From assembly GCF_004102945.1 (NCBI RefSeq), contig NZ_CP019384.1, forward strand, positions 930,001-962,000: DNA of 32,000 nucleotides, read 5' to 3'. This document shows, piece after piece, positions 15,024 through 24,132 of this stretch. Positions within the stretch are counted from its first letter, which is position 1; every line of letters starts with the position of its first letter. The DNA comes from Candidatus Velamenicoccus archaeovorus. GTDB lineage: Bacteria; Omnitrophota; Gorgyraeia; Velamenicoccales; Velamenicoccaceae. The notes beneath the pieces were generated by a model, which did no database searches, had not been told where the DNA came from, and saw only the letters and a list, made by a program, of their open reading frames with translations. Made by a program: the position numbers and the translations under genes.

Positions 15024-16730
15024 TTAATTCTTCCTTGCCAGATAATCCCCTATCGCCAGATACTCCAGGCCCGATTCCCGGAACATGAGGATGGCATCTT
15101 GCGGCGAGCAGATCATGGGTTCTCCGCGCCTGTTCAAGGATGTATTGATGACGACCGGGACTCTTGTCTTTTTGTGGAAGAGACTGATCAGGCGGTGGAA
15201 TTTTGGGTTGTGGCGTTCATCGACCACTTGCGGTCTGCAGGTGCCGTCCACGTGGACGGCCTCGGGGATCCGTTCTTTCCAGTGGGGCGCCACGTCAAAG
15301 GCGAACGTCATGAAAGGCGCGGGGTGATCGGATCCCAGGATGTCGGAGGCATATTCCTTAAGCATGGACGGGCAGAACGGTCGCCAGCTCTCGCGGAACT
15401 TGATGATGGCGTTGATGCGGTCGTTGGTCCCGCGGATGGTCGGGTTCCCCAGAATGGATCTGTTGCCCAGGGCCCTGGGGCCCCACTCCATTCTTCCCTG
15501 GAACCAGCCGACGATCTTGCCGTCTTTCAGCAGCGAAGATGCCGTCTCGCAGATGTCGGCGCACTTCTCAAACCGAAAACCCGAGGCCTTGAGCACAGGC
15601 TCTATCTGGGCGTTGGTGAATTCAGGGCCGAGATAGACGTGTTCCATGGGGGCGATCTTGTCTCCAAGCTGGGCGGCGACGTAGGCGGCGGCACCCAGCG
15701 AAGTCCCGGAATCGTGCGACGACGGCTGGACCCATAGCTGTTTGACCAGAGGATGCTGGATTAGTTTTCTGTTGATTGAAACATTTAAGGCGCACCCTCC
15801 TGCGAAACAAAGACGGCCTGAGCGTTTCAGGGATTTTTGCAGGCGGTTTTCCAAGAGATGCAGCACAATATCCTCAAAAGTCTTCTGGGTGGCCGCGGCA
15901 ATGTGGATATAGGGTTCAGCCAGGCTGTCTCCTGTGCGCGGCAGCCCCCAATCTTCCACCATTTTTTTAGGGATCAAAACATCAGGATGATAGCGTTGTG
16001 TCCGGATGGGCCAGACATAGTCGTCCGCCACTCGAAAATCCCTACCTTTCGGCCAGATGATATGGGACATGGGGATCTTGCCGGCATCTCCGTAGGGCGC
16101 CATGCCCATAACTTTATACTCGCCGTCACCGATCTCAAAGCCGAGATACGCCGTAACCGTAGAATAAAAATACCCCAGGGAATCCGAAAAGACGATCTCG
16201 TGTAACTTTTCAATTTTTCCATTTCTCGATTCGGCAAAAAGACACGTGGTAAGTTCTCCGGCGCCGTCCAAAGAGAGGATGGCGCTATCTTCGTAACCGG
16301 AAAAATAATAGGCGCTGGCCGCATGGGCCATATGATGCTCTACCAGGTGTATCTTGATGCGCGAACGGTCGATATGGGCTTGCGCAAGCGTGTCGTAGAG
16401 CTTCTTAAGCGCCGCCTCATTTTTCTTTTTTTCCTGTGCGATCACCTTAAAAGCGCGGGAAGTCCTCTTGAATAAAATCCTTCTGGCTACCCTCCATTTC
16501 AGCTGATGATAGATGCTCGTCGACCATGGATAGGCGACATGGTCGATATCCTCGGGTGTCAGGCCGGCGGTCTCAAGGCAAAAGCGTATGGCGTTGACCG
16601 GCAATTGGCCCTCCGCGTGTTTTTTTCTCGTGAAACGTTCTTCGTCGGCCGCAGCAACGACCTTTCCGTCAACGATCAGGGCCGCCGATGGGTCGTGTGT
16701 CAGCGCGCCGCAAATACCGAGGATGACCAT
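15024..16730 (-). CDS. carbamoyltransferase (NodU/CmcH/TobZ family), copy 1
   Basis: 568 aa. Kae1-like N-domain blocks ILGI...HD(P/A)SAAL..DGKVVAA.EEERF and HHMAHAASAYY..; GEYKVMGMAPYG; C-terminal Carbam_trans_C/YrdC-like part NTSLNRRGEPMICSPQDA. Confidence 0.9.
   Translation of the reverse strand: MVILGICGALTHDPSAALIVDGKVVAAADEERFTRKKHAEGQLPVNAIRFCLETAGLTPEDIDHVAYPWSTSIYHQLKWRVARRILFKRTSRAFKVIAQEKKKNEAALKKLYDTLAQAHIDRSRIKIHLVEHHMAHAASAYYFSGYEDSAILSLDGAGELTTCLFAESRNGKIEKLHEIVFSDSLGYFYSTVTAYLGFEIGDGEYKVMGMAPYGDAGKIPMSHIIWPKGRDFRVADDYVWPIRTQRYHPDVLIPKKMVEDWGLPRTGDSLAEPYIHIAAATQKTFEDIVLHLLENRLQKSLKRSGRLCFAGGCALNVSINRKLIQHPLVKQLWVQPSSHDSGTSLGAAAYVAAQLGDKIAPMEHVYLGPEFTNAQIEPVLKASGFRFEKCADICETASSLLKDGKIVGWFQGRMEWGPRALGNRSILGNPTIRGTNDRINAIIKFRESWRPFCPSMLKEYASDILGSDHPAPFMTFAFDVAPHWKERIPEAVHVDGTCRPQVVDERHNPKFHRLISLFHKKTRVPVVINTSLNRRGEPMICSPQDAILMFRESGLEYLAIGDYLARKN
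15038..15678. repeat. 641-bp direct repeat, copy A (100% identical to 17707..18347)
   Basis: I compared every 60-nt line by eye at an offset of 2669 nt and saw no mismatch from 15038 to 15678. The first mismatches are at 15679 and 15681, and identity then decays to ordinary paralog level. The repeat covers the last ~213 codons of the carbamoyltransferase gene. Confidence 0.95.
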
Positions 16731-16733
16731 GAA

Positions 16734-17696
16734 TCAACTCCGCATGTTTGGTTTTTTCATGAAAAGACTGCCCAGAAAAAAACTGTCCGGGCAGTTGTCG
16801 AAAAGGATTTGATTGCCGACGATCTCCACGCCTGCCGGCTCGACGACATCGCGTAAAAGTCTGTCTTTCAGGCCGTAACGCAACCCCTTGTCCAGCCGCG
16901 GGTCATTGCGTCCCGCATCATAATCGAATGTCACGGCAACCATCCCACCGGGTTTTAAAACTCTGTTGATTTCCTGCATTGTCTTGCGCCGGACCTCTGG
17001 AGGCAGGTGCTCCAGGACACAGATACAATAGATTTTGTCGAAGCTTTCGTTTCGGAACGGCAACGGCCGGGCAAGGTCGCGGTTGTAAAGACGCATGTTC
17101 CATCCCATGCGGCGCGCCGCATATCTGGCATTGTAGATTAAACCGTGCTGCCCCCAGTCATAATCAAGGACGTGCGTCGAACAGCCCAGCGACGCCACAT
17201 AGAAAGAGAATACCGTAGAAGCGCCCCCCAAATCCAGCACGATGTCGGTGGCCTGCGGCATTGCATGGGTCAAGATCCAGGCGTTTTCCCAGAGTTTGTT
17301 ACGTTCCTTCTCCGATATAAAATCTTTAGCCTTAAAGCTGCCAGCGGCAGAGGTGCATCTTAATCCTGAAGTCTGGAGTCTTGTGCGGAGGTCTTCTAAA
17401 GCAAGGGCTAAGGCATGGGTGCGGGTTTCGGCAAGATCGGTCTCGCGCTCCATAAACGTTTTATTGATGACAGGGATCTTGGCAGGACCAAGACAGGCTT
17501 CCTGCATAAATGTCTCTTCTTGCGTTTTTGTTATCGCGCCGGATTTTTTTCTGGGTATCCGTTTGGCCAGGGATCTTGTCCATTTGACAGCCAACAGATA
17601 AAGACGATAGGTCAATGGAACGCAACGCGGCACGATATCGTCGCAAAATAATATCCTGAATGTCGTGCTGTGCCTGCGTTTTTTAGGTTCCGTCAT
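16734..17696 (-). CDS. class I SAM-dependent methyltransferase
   Basis: 320 aa. VLDLGGASTVFSFYVASLG (motif I variant); FDKIYCICVLEHLP; INRVLKPGGMVAVTFDYD. The start forms an ATGA overlap (17693..17696) with the upstream carbamoyltransferase. The N-terminal ~130 aa has no recognisable motif, so a later start (M64 or M82) is possible. Confidence 0.7.
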   Translation of the reverse strand: MTEPKKRRHSTTFRILFCDDIVPRCVPLTYRLYLLAVKWTRSLAKRIPRKKSGAITKTQEETFMQEACLGPAKIPVINKTFMERETDLAETRTHALALALEDLRTRLQTSGLRCTSAAGSFKAKDFISEKERNKLWENAWILTHAMPQATDIVLDLGGASTVFSFYVASLGCSTHVLDYDWGQHGLIYNARYAARRMGWNMRLYNRDLARPLPFRNESFDKIYCICVLEHLPPEVRRKTMQEINRVLKPGGMVAVTFDYDAGRNDPRLDKGLRYGLKDRLLRDVVEPAGVEIVGNQILFDNCPDSFFLGSLFMKKPNMRS

Positions 17697-19405
17697 GATT
17701 TTTTGACCAGATAATCCCCTATCGCCAGATACTCCAGGCCCGATTCCCGGAACATGAGGATGGCATCTTGCGGCGAGCAGATCATGGGTTCTCCGCGCCT
17801 GTTCAAGGATGTATTGATGACGACCGGGACTCTTGTCTTTTTGTGGAAGAGACTGATCAGGCGGTGGAATTTTGGGTTGTGGCGTTCATCGACCACTTGC
17901 GGTCTGCAGGTGCCGTCCACGTGGACGGCCTCGGGGATCCGTTCTTTCCAGTGGGGCGCCACGTCAAAGGCGAACGTCATGAAAGGCGCGGGGTGATCGG
18001 ATCCCAGGATGTCGGAGGCATATTCCTTAAGCATGGACGGGCAGAACGGTCGCCAGCTCTCGCGGAACTTGATGATGGCGTTGATGCGGTCGTTGGTCCC
18101 GCGGATGGTCGGGTTCCCCAGAATGGATCTGTTGCCCAGGGCCCTGGGGCCCCACTCCATTCTTCCCTGGAACCAGCCGACGATCTTGCCGTCTTTCAGC
18201 AGCGAAGATGCCGTCTCGCAGATGTCGGCGCACTTCTCAAACCGAAAACCCGAGGCCTTGAGCACAGGCTCTATCTGGGCGTTGGTGAATTCAGGGCCGA
18301 GATAGACGTGTTCCATGGGGGCGATCTTGTCTCCAAGCTGGGCGGCGGCATAGGCGGCGGCACCAATAGAGCCGCCCGCATCATGGGAAGACGGCTGCAC
18401 CCACAAATTTTTGACGAGTGGATGTTTCAACAAAATGCGATTTAATGAAACGTTAAGAGCGCAACCGCCGGCAAAACACAGATTTCCATGGCTTTTCAGC
18501 TCCTGGGCCAAATACGTTTCAAGAAGCCTAATGGTTGTGTCTTCAAGTTTTCTCTGGGTTGCAGCTGCAATGTGGATATAAGGCACATTAAGCTCGTCGC
18601 CTTCGCGCTCGGGCCCAAATTCCTTGATCATCTTCCTGGAATAGACCTTGTCCGGCCTGGCCCGTTTGCTCCTGGGGACCCAGACATAATCGTCGTTGCA
18701 CCTGTAAGTCCTGCGCCGAGGGTTCCACCAGAGGATATGGTCCAGATTAACCTTCCAGGCATCTCCGTAGGGCGCCATGCCCATGACTTTGTATTCGCCA
18801 TCCTCACGCTCGAAGCCGAGATATTCGGTCATCGTCGAATAAAAATTCCCGAGGGAATCCGGCGCTACGATCTCCTTGATTTTACTGATGGCTGCGCCCT
18901 CGGCGCGGCCGATCAGCGTTGAGGTGATTTCGCCGCCCCCATCGATGGACAATACAGCAGCCGTCTTAAAGCCGGAAAGAAAATAGCTCGATGCCGCATG
19001 GGCGATGTGATGTTCGATCCAGTGGATTTGAGGCTGATGCTTGTCGAATCCGCTTTCACGCAAGGTCCGGGCAATAAAAGCAGCCTGGCCCCTGTACTCC
19101 TTCATGTTGCGGAAGAATTTCTTATAGGCCCGCGAAGGATTTGAGACAAAAGTACGAAAAAAATATTCCCAGCGCCTTTGGCGTAACGCCGATAGCGCCC
19201 ACGGAAAAGCCACCGCATCGATGTCCTGCGGCTTCAAACCCGCTGTTTCTAAACAGAATTTAACGGATTGGCGGGGACATTCGTCTTTAGCGTGTTTCCT
19301 GCGCGAAAAGCGTTCTTCCTCAACAGCCGCCACAACTTTGCCGTCTACCAAAAGCGCAGCCGAAGCATCGTGTCCAAAAGGTGCGGCAATCCCTAAAATT
19401 TTCAT
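17693..19405 (-). CDS. carbamoyltransferase (NodU/CmcH/TobZ family), copy 2
   Basis: 570 aa with the same family blocks as copy 1. The N-terminal ~355 aa is roughly 55-60% identical to copy 1 (hand alignment). The following ~213 aa are identical, and the last 3 residues differ. Confidence 0.9.
   Translation of the reverse strand: MKILGIAAPFGHDASAALLVDGKVVAAVEEERFSRRKHAKDECPRQSVKFCLETAGLKPQDIDAVAFPWALSALRQRRWEYFFRTFVSNPSRAYKKFFRNMKEYRGQAAFIARTLRESGFDKHQPQIHWIEHHIAHAASSYFLSGFKTAAVLSIDGGGEITSTLIGRAEGAAISKIKEIVAPDSLGNFYSTMTEYLGFEREDGEYKVMGMAPYGDAWKVNLDHILWWNPRRRTYRCNDDYVWVPRSKRARPDKVYSRKMIKEFGPEREGDELNVPYIHIAAATQRKLEDTTIRLLETYLAQELKSHGNLCFAGGCALNVSLNRILLKHPLVKNLWVQPSSHDAGGSIGAAAYAAAQLGDKIAPMEHVYLGPEFTNAQIEPVLKASGFRFEKCADICETASSLLKDGKIVGWFQGRMEWGPRALGNRSILGNPTIRGTNDRINAIIKFRESWRPFCPSMLKEYASDILGSDHPAPFMTFAFDVAPHWKERIPEAVHVDGTCRPQVVDERHNPKFHRLISLFHKKTRVPVVINTSLNRRGEPMICSPQDAILMFRESGLEYLAIGDYLVKKS
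17707..18347. repeat. 641-bp direct repeat, copy B (100% identical to 15038..15678)
   Basis: See copy A. ORF-track translations in three frames (for example 15085..15327 versus 17754..17996, and 15340..15636 versus 18009..18305) are also identical. Confidence 0.95.
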
Positions 19406-20208
19406 AAGTCTTTTCTGTGCTCTGTAATCTGTTCTCTGCTCTCTGTTTTTTGTTCTTTTTCATCAAGCATCTGGCGGAATTTTGCATAGCTGATCAACTG
19501 ATACATTGTATCGTAAAAAGCTACCATGAAACCGATATAGCCGTCTTTCCAGCCTTTCTTTCCGATGTAACGTCTGAAGAAGCGGTCAATAGCCCTCCAG
19601 GCGATCCGGCCGCGACCCATTTTTCTGTTTGTCGTGATCCATTTCTGAGCTTCCAGCGTCGTCTGACGATTGAGGCTGGCTAAAAAGTGGCCGAAATCCG
19701 GATATCCTTTGTGGACGATGTCGCATTTCAGATGGCCGCAGGTGCCGTCGACAAAAGCCCTTGGATGGACGACGACATCTTCATATTTGAATTTATTCTT
19801 GTCGAAAAGCCTTACCTTGGCCGCCGGATACCAGCCGCCGTAACGCACCCAGTGGTTCCCTATATAGTTACGCAAAGGCACGGAAAAACAGGCATGCTCC
19901 GTTGAAGCGATGGCGGCAGTTATCTCCGATTGAAGCTCCGGTGTCACGGTCTCATCTGCATCAAGGCTCAAGACCCAGGCATTACGGGCCTGCGCATAGG
20001 CCCAATTGCGATGGGTGCCCTCCACGTCCATTTTTTTAATGAGGACCTTATCCGCCAGCTCCTGGGCGATAGGTACCGTTTTATCGGAGCTCATATCGTC
20101 TACGACGATGATTTCGTCCGCCCAGCCTTTAAGAGATTTGATACAAGCGGCGATATTTTCTTCTTCATTTTTTGTCAGTATCACAACGCTCAACCCTGTC
20201 TTAGACAT
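19402..20208 (-). CDS. glycosyltransferase family 2
   Basis: 268 aa. LSVVILTKNEEENIAACIKSL, IIVVDDMSSDKT and LSLDADE (DxD) are typical GT-A/GT2 blocks. Confidence 0.85.
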   Translation of the reverse strand: MSKTGLSVVILTKNEEENIAACIKSLKGWADEIIVVDDMSSDKTVPIAQELADKVLIKKMDVEGTHRNWAYAQARNAWVLSLDADETVTPELQSEITAAIASTEHACFSVPLRNYIGNHWVRYGGWYPAAKVRLFDKNKFKYEDVVVHPRAFVDGTCGHLKCDIVHKGYPDFGHFLASLNRQTTLEAQKWITTNRKMGRGRIAWRAIDRFFRRYIGKKGWKDGYIGFMVAFYDTMYQLISYAKFRQMLDEKEQKTESREQITEHRKDL

Positions 20209-21310
20209 GTTTAACCAGCCTTTTTAGTGTTTGTGCCACGTATATAATCTGTTTTTTCGTTATATGGGGATGGATCGGCAAACAAAGCACGTCGCGGCAT
20301 ACCCTCTCTGCGACCGGGAAATCTCCGCGGCGATAACCCAGGTGCCTGTAAACAGGCTGCAGATGCAAAGGCACCGGATAATGCACGGCCGCGCTGATCC
20401 CGGCTGAAATAAGACCCTCTAAAACTTTGTCGCGGTTTTTCACTCGAATAGCATAAATATGATATACGTGTTTTCCGTAACCGGCCACCCTGGGCAGCCG
20501 GATGCCTGGAATATCGCCGAGATATTTGTCGTACATTTCGGCCACGCCGATCCTTTTTTGATTCCAAACATCGAGGTGCCGCAGTTTGGCATTTAAAAAT
20601 ACCGCCTGCACCGAATCCAGGCGTGAATTGAACCCTATGGACCCGTGCACATATTTTGATATGCGGCCATAATCACGAAGTTTCTTCAGTTTCTGGTACA
20701 GCTGCTTGCTGTTTGTCGCTATCAGGCCTGCATCCCCGAATGCGCCGAGATTCTTGGTAGGATAAAAACTGAAGGCGCCGATATCGCCGATGGAGCCGGC
20801 CTTGCGACCACGGTATTGCGCCCCATGCGCCTGGGCTGTGTCTTCGATGATGCGAAGTCCGTGTTTTCGCGCTATCTTGCGGATGGGGTCCATATCCGCC
20901 GCCTGGCCGTAGAGATGCACCGGCATAATGGCTTTGGTTCGTTTCGTGATGACGCGTTCGATTGTTTGAGGATCGATATTAAACGTGGCTTCGTCAATAT
21001 CGGCAAAAACGGGCCTCGCGCCTGTATACGTCACGGCAAAAGCCGAAGCAATGTATGTATATGCGGGCACGATAACTTCATCCCCCCGGCCGACCCCAAG
21101 GCTCAAAAGCCCAAGGAACAACGCATCCGTTCCCGAATTGACGCCGATAGCATACCGACAGCCGATATACGAGGCGAAGGATTCTTCGAAATACCGGACA
21201 TCTTGGCCGAGGATATAATCGCTGCGTTGTATCAGAGCGTCGTTCAATCTTGAGATTTCTTTTTCTGTTTCGCGGTATTGCGCCGCAAGATCTACAAAAC
21301 GCACCTTCAT
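20201..21310 (-). CDS. DegT/DnrJ/EryC1/StrS-family PLP-dependent sugar aminotransferase
   Basis: ORF 20201..21430 trimmed to ATG 21310, because MKVRFVDLAAQY is the canonical family N-terminus. GVNSGTDAL; the PLP-lysine block SFYPTKNLGAFGDAG; VHYPVPLHLQP. Confidence 0.85.
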   Translation of the reverse strand: MKVRFVDLAAQYRETEKEISRLNDALIQRSDYILGQDVRYFEESFASYIGCRYAIGVNSGTDALFLGLLSLGVGRGDEVIVPAYTYIASAFAVTYTGARPVFADIDEATFNIDPQTIERVITKRTKAIMPVHLYGQAADMDPIRKIARKHGLRIIEDTAQAHGAQYRGRKAGSIGDIGAFSFYPTKNLGAFGDAGLIATNSKQLYQKLKKLRDYGRISKYVHGSIGFNSRLDSVQAVFLNAKLRHLDVWNQKRIGVAEMYDKYLGDIPGIRLPRVAGYGKHVYHIYAIRVKNRDKVLEGLISAGISAAVHYPVPLHLQPVYRHLGYRRGDFPVAERVCRDVLCLPIHPHITKKQIIYVAQTLKRLVKHV

Positions 21311-21426
21311 AAGAAGAGTCCTTTCACTGTTTAAAACTGAAGCCCCATGGGCCTGCCCTTGGCCTTGAGGCCAGGGCGAGCCCGTGGGTCCTTTTTGATT
21401 CGCCCGTGGGGCGACGTCCCGATCCA

Positions 21427-22689
21427 TCATTCATCCACGGGCTTAGCCTCGCCCGCCAAAGCGGGCAGGGAATTCTGGCAAACGGGATTAACGCGTTGGC
21501 CCCTCACAAGGATTTCCGCGCTTCTAAGGGTGCCAAGAAGCAACCAGAACAATGCCGAGAGCTGAACCGAATAGAAATCATTGTCGAAAAAGGCGCGCAC
21601 CAGCCAACCCAAGATGCCGCAAAATAAAGCCAAGAGATAGGCATCGCAATATTTCCATAATGTCCTGATACTTTTAGCTAAATTCCAAAGTAGGAAGACT
21701 ACCAGCGAAAGTATCGACACGAAGCCGGCCTCCGTCCATATCTGCAAAAAAGAATTATGGGCGTACATCTTCCCATAGATGGGGGTCTCGGCAAAAAAAC
21801 GCGGGCCGAAGGTCCCTAGGCCGTTTCCCAAAATAGGATGTTGCTGAACGAGGTGCCAGGCGATTTTCCAATAGGCATACCGTCCCTGGTCGCCGCCTGT
21901 TTGAAAGATAAACAGAAAACGCTCCCAGCCGCGAGGCGAAAGAAATAAACATCCCACAAAGGCCGCTAAGACAAAAAAAGCAATGTGGAAGCGCTTTGAT
22001 AGAAAAACCATGGCCAGCATTCCAAGGATAACAGCCACCCAGCTTCCTCTCGAATACGTCCAGTAAAGGCCATAAACAAACAGAACGATCAACGGAAGCA
22101 TGACAGCGCGCGGCCAATCCCACGACCTTTTTGGGATCAACAAAGATATCGCAAAGAGCAGAAGCACGGCCAGGACAATGCCGAGACTGTTATAATTTCC
22201 GAAGGTCGCGCTGATGCCGGATAACCCCCTGCCGACATCGACCAGAGGTTGATGCGCGAAAACATCATACCCCCAATATTTCTGGAAAAAACCATCAAGA
22301 CTTAATATGACGCCTGTGCCTAAAGAACACCAGACGATTTTTTTAACCCTGGAATATTTAATTAAAATATCCTGTACCATAAGAAAAATCAATGCATTTT
22401 TTAACCAGCGACCGAAGAAAAACGAGAGGGTTTTGGTTGTATAAGGACCGCTGTTGACTACAGACAGAAGCGAAAAAGCCAAAAAGGCATAAAAAACCAA
22501 CAGATCGGGCGCCTTGAATGCTGCAAAATCCGGCTTCAGGGATTTCTTAATAATGACGACAAGTACCATGATGGCGGGCAGGATGCTTGTAGCGGCTATC
22601 GAAAATGGCGTCAGAATGACCAGCAAATACAGGAGCCCGGCCAAAGCCGTATCGCAATATATGATCATCCGCTCGCGGGTAAAATTCAT
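21427..22689 (-). CDS. O-antigen ligase/polymerase family (Wzy_C) membrane protein
   Basis: 420 aa, polytopic. WTYSRGSWVAVILGML and AHNSFLQIWTEAGFVSIL match the Wzy_C/WaaL signature. Confidence 0.75.
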   Translation of the reverse strand: MNFTRERMIIYCDTALAGLLYLLVILTPFSIAATSILPAIMVLVVIIKKSLKPDFAAFKAPDLLVFYAFLAFSLLSVVNSGPYTTKTLSFFFGRWLKNALIFLMVQDILIKYSRVKKIVWCSLGTGVILSLDGFFQKYWGYDVFAHQPLVDVGRGLSGISATFGNYNSLGIVLAVLLLFAISLLIPKRSWDWPRAVMLPLIVLFVYGLYWTYSRGSWVAVILGMLAMVFLSKRFHIAFFVLAAFVGCLFLSPRGWERFLFIFQTGGDQGRYAYWKIAWHLVQQHPILGNGLGTFGPRFFAETPIYGKMYAHNSFLQIWTEAGFVSILSLVVFLLWNLAKSIRTLWKYCDAYLLALFCGILGWLVRAFFDNDFYSVQLSALFWLLLGTLRSAEILVRGQRVNPVCQNSLPALAGEAKPVDE

Positions 22690-24107
22690 TTGCTTGCCTT
22701 TTTGTTTCCGAATCGCATGAGCGAAATGAAGGCCTTTGCATAAGCCCGAACATCATACCAACTGCGGATCTTGGCCAGCCGCCCTAACATGTAACGGGGT
22801 CGTTTATAAAACGTTTTCCAGGCATGAGCCGTCGCCGCTTCAATGGTTTCCGGTGAAGCCGTCGGAAGGCGCATAAGGCATTTGGAGGCCGTAAATAATG
22901 ACAAATCTTCGGATAATAGGTAATCATTCTGTTTGGCCCATTGATACATCGGCGTCCCTGGATAAGGTGTCGTGATGTTGAACAGCGCGAAATCAGGATC
23001 CGTTTTTAGGGCGAAATCCAGGGTCCGTCGCATGCTTTCTTCTGTCTCGCCTGGGTTGCCATACATAAAAGACGCTCTGCAGGCGATGCCGGCCTTTTTG
23101 GTCAATTTGATCGCCCTTTCGGCGTCCGCAAGACCTATGTTCTTGTTGATGTTTTTCAGGATTTGAACGTCGGCAGACTCGATGCCGTAACATATATGAT
23201 GGCACCCCGCTTTTTTCATAAGTCCCAGTACTTCCTCGTCGATAAACTTGACGATCGCATTACAGCTCCAGGTGATGTCGATCTTGTTTTTAAGAATATC
23301 TTCACACAACTGAACAATACGGGGCCTGATGGTCACGAGAGTATCGTCGGAGAATGAGATTTCCCGTATTCCGTGACGCTGTGTCAGTATTTTGAGCTCA
23401 TCGATAACGTTTTCGATGGATCTTAGGCGCAGCTTCCCCGGCCAGATAGTCTGTGTCGCGCAATAGGTACACCGGAATGGACAGCCCCTCGACGTGATCA
23501 GATTGATAGCCGGCAGGCGGCGAAAAAGGGCCTCGGGGGGATGGTATTTGCGTATAGAAAAAAGATGGTAGGCGGGGAAGGCGATCATATCAAGATTTTC
23601 AATCGGCGGACGATCGGGGTTGTGCACGATGCGCCCTCCCTGCCTGAAAGAAAGGCCGAGGGTTTTTTCAGAAGGATTCCCCTTGGCCAGCTCCGCCATG
23701 GCCTCCTCGCCTTCACCTCGAACGACATAATCGACATCTTCGCAGGCCAAAACCAGATCCGGCGTCACAGTCGGCTGTACGCCTCCGAGGACTGTCCTGG
23801 CTTCCGGGAATGCTTTTTTACATATCCCCGCAATATCAAGGGCGGCATAAAGCGTTGTGGCGGCAGATGTGATCCCACACCACCGGGGATGAGGGTCCAT
23901 TTTTTCCAAATAAACCGCAAGCTCCCTGCGGGTCATGCGGTCAATATTAAGATCAAGAATCCGCACCTGCAGGCCTGCCTTTTCCAACGACGCCGCGACA
24001 TATCCTAATCCTAAAGACGGCAGACAGCTAACGACCTTGAAACGCGCCCTGTTGTCGTCGCTCGGCTTTTCCCACGGCGGATTAATCAACAAAACAAACA
24101 TAGGCAT
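22686..24107 (-). CDS. B12-binding-domain radical SAM protein (class B)
   Basis: 473 aa. N-terminal Rossmann-like B12-binding layout (VLLINPP...LGLGYVAASLEKAGLQVRILDL...CGITSAATTLYAALDIA); radical-SAM motif SRGCPFRCTYC (CxxxCxxC). Confidence 0.85.
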   Translation of the reverse strand: MPMFVLLINPPWEKPSDDNRARFKVVSCLPSLGLGYVAASLEKAGLQVRILDLNIDRMTRRELAVYLEKMDPHPRWCGITSAATTLYAALDIAGICKKAFPEARTVLGGVQPTVTPDLVLACEDVDYVVRGEGEEAMAELAKGNPSEKTLGLSFRQGGRIVHNPDRPPIENLDMIAFPAYHLFSIRKYHPPEALFRRLPAINLITSRGCPFRCTYCATQTIWPGKLRLRSIENVIDELKILTQRHGIREISFSDDTLVTIRPRIVQLCEDILKNKIDITWSCNAIVKFIDEEVLGLMKKAGCHHICYGIESADVQILKNINKNIGLADAERAIKLTKKAGIACRASFMYGNPGETEESMRRTLDFALKTDPDFALFNITTPYPGTPMYQWAKQNDYLLSEDLSLFTASKCLMRLPTASPETIEAATAHAWKTFYKRPRYMLGRLAKIRSWYDVRAYAKAFISLMRFGNKKASK

Positions 24108-24132
24108 CTTTCATATGTTAAGCGACGATGTA

